A stretch of DNA of 63,922 bases, filler included, from Vezdaea acicularis (taxonomy: Eukaryota), in the NCBI GenBank assembly GCA_026025075.1. It is 4 parts of 4 records of this genome, joined end to end, with 100 filler letters (N's around TTAATTAATTAA, not from the genome) between each part and the next. Parts side by side here need not be neighbours in the genome. Positions count along the whole stretch, not along the records: positions 49,161 to 63,922 come from JAPEUI010000226.1; 3 more parts are not named here. The stretch is one strand, 5' to 3'. The notes under the pieces are model-generated. The model saw only the letters and a list, made by a program, of their open reading frames with translations. It made no database searches and was not told the origin of the DNA. Shown here in pieces: positions 60,514 through 63,922 of the stretch; the first letter of the stretch is position 1, and the number at the start of each line of letters is the position of its first letter. The translations under genes were made by a program, and so were the position numbers.

Positions 60514-63500
60514 TCATTTGAGGAGTATTTTACCCTGAATCTGATTGATAACTTCTTCCCTTGTAAGCCCGAATCTCTCGTACTTGTCGACCGCCCATTT
60601 CAAGCTGTCCGGTATGCGAGGTTGATCTTGTTCGAGGAGTTTGGAAAGGTTATTGCTTATCCCAAAGCCTGGGACCGCGGAGCTGTCCGCATTGGCCACG
60701 GCAATCTTCCGCAATATCTCGGATACGATTATATTTAGGGTTTCTATATTTGGCTTTACTAGTCGACTTGAGAGCTCGCGAATAGAATTAGATTGGCTGA
60801 CCAAGCCGAGGTCTGTGTCTAGACGGGAGGCCAACCTGAATGGTTCGTCTTCGATGTTCAAATCAAATAACTCCGGACCGTTGGGTGTACGAACCGGATG
60901 GTTGCTGCTACTCGACACATTTTCAGGGAGGATCTCTGGCTGTAGGCACCAAGTCTCCCACATACGTATTCCTTCATCAACACCACCATTCTCGACGACT
61001 CCGTCTAAGAGTATGTTGAATGCAGATGTAGGTATGCTCGGAGTTATCAGCCTTGGTGGCTCCGTCTCCAACGTACCCGAATAGAGATTGGCAATGACCG
61101 GAGAAGATGAACCTAATACCCTGTTGATATGTCGAAGGAAGCCAGTTCGGAGTCTAGATCGCTCCAGTGGAGTGTCTTCAACGAATGCCATGACCGGTAG
61201 AGATGTAGTTCCTGCATCTGGGTAACAAGGAAGCCCGTATGCACCGTTCAGAAGGCTTGCAAGGATGGCTTTGGGGCGTTCCAGCGCTTCCTTTTGATTT
61301 TGTGTTTTCTCAACGTTATCTTTATTATTGGCCAGCGTTCCTGGTTGTGATTTGAGGATAGCTTGGGCCAAGATTGTAGCGTCTTCTGCATTCCAACAGA
61401 GGTCGACTTCTGTTGAAACATGGCCTAGAAGATCCTCGACCCTATCCCAATTCCCCATGCTCACATGACATTGTAGTAATGCTGTCACGACCGAAGGCGG
61501 CAATGGCATTCTCAATTTGATTGATACTTTAGAAAGGAGATCTCCGTCAGATGTTGCGGATGCAAACCTGAGAAGTGATGGTGCGAGATTGCCATACATC
61601 TGCTCAGAGATAAGTGGACCATCAACTTCTTCCGCATAGATTAGCCATTTCCCAAATTCGTAAACTTTTGCCGTTGTGACAAGGTCTAAGAATGGACCAA
61701 GTACATGTCTAGGGATAGAAGGAAAAAAGCCAGGCACGTCAGACGTGTCATCGGCACTGCCGATATCATCTAGCGGGCTAGTGACATCTATATTTGTTCT
61801 GCGACTCAACTTGACTTCAGCCCTGACCTGACTTTTCAGTTTCCCAAGAAACTCAGAAATTGCCTTTTCTTTATTAAGATCAGTCATAGACTGCAACTTC
61901 ACAAAAACCCGCAGCGCTCCTTGAATGTCTCCAGCTTGCACGTATGCGCCTAGCGCATAATGCAAAAGACCAATCGCGGCGGCTGATTGCTCGAGTGTGT
62001 AGGGATGATGAGGCCCATCAGGTTCATCAGCAGAGGGAACATTCTGTGCCTCTAGTTCCTTCTTATACGTTGGCGAGAGGAGTACGATCCGTTCAACCAG
62101 GCGCAGAGTGCTCTTAGGGTGGAGTCGCTGCATCTCAAAGAGCTTTGACACGACTTGATTCCATGAATTAGGCCCCAGCCCATACTTGTCACGATCGAGT
62201 AGGCTTTTCAGGACAAAGATGTGGTCAATAGCCCTCTCATCTGAAAGTCCCTCCGCGGCGCTAATGCTCATGGAATCAATGAGGCCCTGAATTACGGCAG
62301 CGACGACTTCGCTGCTAATCGTGCGTGCTCCCATCTCGACAAAAGGCGGTGCGTGACTGTAGCCCTCAAAGCGCCCGACAGCGCCCCCTGGCCTTGTTCT
62401 TATGGCTTCCCAATCAATTCTCGCACTATCCGCTGGCACTTGACGCTGTGATGGGTCTGCAATGGCCCTGAAATCTATCACAGACCATCTATCTTGATTG
62501 TTCCTCTTCTTGATTTCACCTAATAAAGATGCACCCTCATCGACGAGGCCCAAATCTACACAAGCCCAAAGAATCAACTCCAGCCAGACCTCAGGCCCCA
62601 GCTCTCGTACCCTTAGCCTGTATCTAGCACCCGGGATTTCGAAACCCATGTACTCATATTTGGCTCCCATAGCGGCAGCTTCTTCTTTAGCGTACTCTTC
62701 CTGAGCTCTCCATACTTCATCAGAAAGAGCGGTGAGAATTCTAGAAGAAAGGAGGTGTAAAGTCGGGGGGCGTTGCAAAGTGAGGGGGTCAGCCATTTGG
62801 GAGTGGTTATATAAAGTGTTGGGGAGAATGTCGGCGTGGTGTAAGTACGCAAGCATCTGTAGCACATAAGACATAATGACCTTCGCTTTGTCCGCACCAG
62901 CCTCCGCTGCAGCGATGACCATGTTTCCGAGACTTGGTAGGAGAATGGCAGCCTGGTGAAATCGATCATCGCCGCTTTCTCCCAAAAGATTTCTTTCACT
63001 GCCATAGGAGAGGGCTATCGAGCCGTAGGGTTCCATTGATGTGTACGATCTGGCAAGAGATGGGTCTGAAGAAGCCGTCGCTGAGAGCTCTGCCAAAGTG
63101 AGGTGCCGCGGGAGCAGGAGGTGAGCTTCGACTACAGAAGGATTCTTTCTTTCTCCATCATCAGAGGTGTTTAGTAGATACTTTGCAATCCAAATCACGG
63201 CTGGCCATTGTGCCTTTGTGACGCCCATATACGTAAGAACGTCGATGTTGGCTTGTTTTCGGGCTTGTTGGAGGAGAGTTATTAGGTCCTTTGGCTGCCC
63301 TCTTACGGCGCCAATCTCTGGCGCTGCGAGCTCTAGCTCTTTCAGATGTTCGGGTAAGAATACGTTGATAGCAGATCTCCATACTTCTGGTTGAGACGTG
63401 GAATTGGTACGAATGGAACGCTTGTCAAGCCGCAATGGTGTTGCCCCCTGTACTATTGAATTCAAAGTCCTAATAGATTCCGCAGGACCATGGCTGTTAC

Positions 63501-63669
63501 AAAAAAGTAATGTGCTGTGGATCCGATGTCCATGATGACTAGCATTGAGTCGTGGCAGTCCTTTAGAGAACTGTAAAGGACCCAAGTCTTCTGTAATCTG
63601 AATGCATTCAGGTCGGCATAGCAGACGAGTACCGGTGCTACGAGCCAGCCATCGGAGTTGCGCGCTCAT
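60514..63669 (-). CDS. Large uncharacterised protein with mitochondrial-type presequence and possible degenerate PPR-like helical repeats
   Basis: 1051-aa ORF. Arg/Leu/Ser-rich start MSAQLRWLARSTGTRLL. PPR-like stretches ALGAYVQAGDIQGALRVFVKL, TALLQCHVSMGNWDRVEDLL and AFNILLDGVVENGGVDEGIRMW. Confidence 0.7.
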   Translation of the reverse strand: MSAQLRWLARSTGTRLLCRPECIQITEDLGPLQFSKGLPRLNASHHGHRIHSTLLFCNSHGPAESIRTLNSIVQGATPLRLDKRSIRTNSTSQPEVWRSAINVFLPEHLKELELAAPEIGAVRGQPKDLITLLQQARKQANIDVLTYMGVTKAQWPAVIWIAKYLLNTSDDGERKNPSVVEAHLLLPRHLTLAELSATASSDPSLARSYTSMEPYGSIALSYGSERNLLGESGDDRFHQAAILLPSLGNMVIAAAEAGADKAKVIMSYVLQMLAYLHHADILPNTLYNHSQMADPLTLQRPPTLHLLSSRILTALSDEVWRAQEEYAKEEAAAMGAKYEYMGFEIPGARYRLRVRELGPEVWLELILWACVDLGLVDEGASLLGEIKKRNNQDRWSVIDFRAIADPSQRQVPADSARIDWEAIRTRPGGAVGRFEGYSHAPPFVEMGARTISSEVVAAVIQGLIDSMSISAAEGLSDERAIDHIFVLKSLLDRDKYGLGPNSWNQVVSKLFEMQRLHPKSTLRLVERIVLLSPTYKKELEAQNVPSADEPDGPHHPYTLEQSAAAIGLLHYALGAYVQAGDIQGALRVFVKLQSMTDLNKEKAISEFLGKLKSQVRAEVKLSRRTNIDVTSPLDDIGSADDTSDVPGFFPSIPRHVLGPFLDLVTTAKVYEFGKWLIYAEEVDGPLISEQMYGNLAPSLLRFASATSDGDLLSKVSIKLRMPLPPSVVTALLQCHVSMGNWDRVEDLLGHVSTEVDLCWNAEDATILAQAILKSQPGTLANNKDNVEKTQNQKEALERPKAILASLLNGAYGLPCYPDAGTTSLPVMAFVEDTPLERSRLRTGFLRHINRVLGSSSPVIANLYSGTLETEPPRLITPSIPTSAFNILLDGVVENGGVDEGIRMWETWCLQPEILPENVSSSSNHPVRTPNGPELFDLNIEDEPFRLASRLDTDLGLVSQSNSIRELSSRLVKPNIETLNIIVSEILRKIAVANADSSAVPGFGISNNLSKLLEQDQPRIPDSLKWAVDKYERFGLTREEVINQIQGKILLK

Positions 63670-63922
63670 GAAACATTAAAAGGTTGACTGTCCTGTCCGT
63701 GAAATATCAAACGTACTTTGGGGAGTTGAGGCCCATTGCACGGAAAATTAGCGATGAAATCACCGAATAGTCGTGAGATCGCGGTTCCCCTACGACCCGG
63801 GTAATTACACCCAGACTTGCTTTAATGCCAGTTACTGTATGACTTTATAAGAGCATCATTCGCTGCTCATTAGCAGGTTCTATTTATTTTGGCTATCACA
63901 TATCTTCATTCGCTTCTCCCAT

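Noticed and set aside
53718..63669. Functional mitochondrial gene cluster (Bcs1, Fmp30-like, PPR-like)
   Set aside because: Mitochondrial proteins are common enough that such proximity can be chance; no shared regulatory motif was seen.

Overview
Gene-dense nuclear DNA from a filamentous ascomycete (Pezizomycotina-type genes, short GT-AG introns with CTRAC/CTAAY branch sites). Three identical 100-bp spacers (44 N + TTAATTAATTAA + 44 N) split it into four contigs, so adjacency across them is unproven. About 20 protein-coding genes are supported. Recognisable families: Msb1/Mug8-like, MEF2-type MADS-box RlmA, CBM1-GH45 endoglucanase, CCCH/Smr protein, Tvp38, separase, an NAD(P)-binding protein, S10 carboxypeptidase, endopolyphosphatase Ppn1, a CLC channel, ethanolamine kinase, a homologue of fungal luciferase (Luz/DUF5519), DUF3405, Bcs1 and NAPE-PLD/Fmp30-like. 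Less certain calls: two Myb-like ORFs, an Ifh1/Crf1-like protein and two uncharacterised proteins. There is also a truncated type-II tRNA (probably Ser). No transposon, CRISPR array or secondary-metabolite cluster is evident. The best leads are the orphan Luz homologue, a palindromic Rlm1/MEF2 box upstream of rlmA itself, a non-coding ~50-bp repeat array with a conserved core, and recurrent C-rich to G-rich strand-skew switches. All family calls come from motif recognition by eye, not database searches. I cannot demonstrate a complete novel system from the sequence alone.
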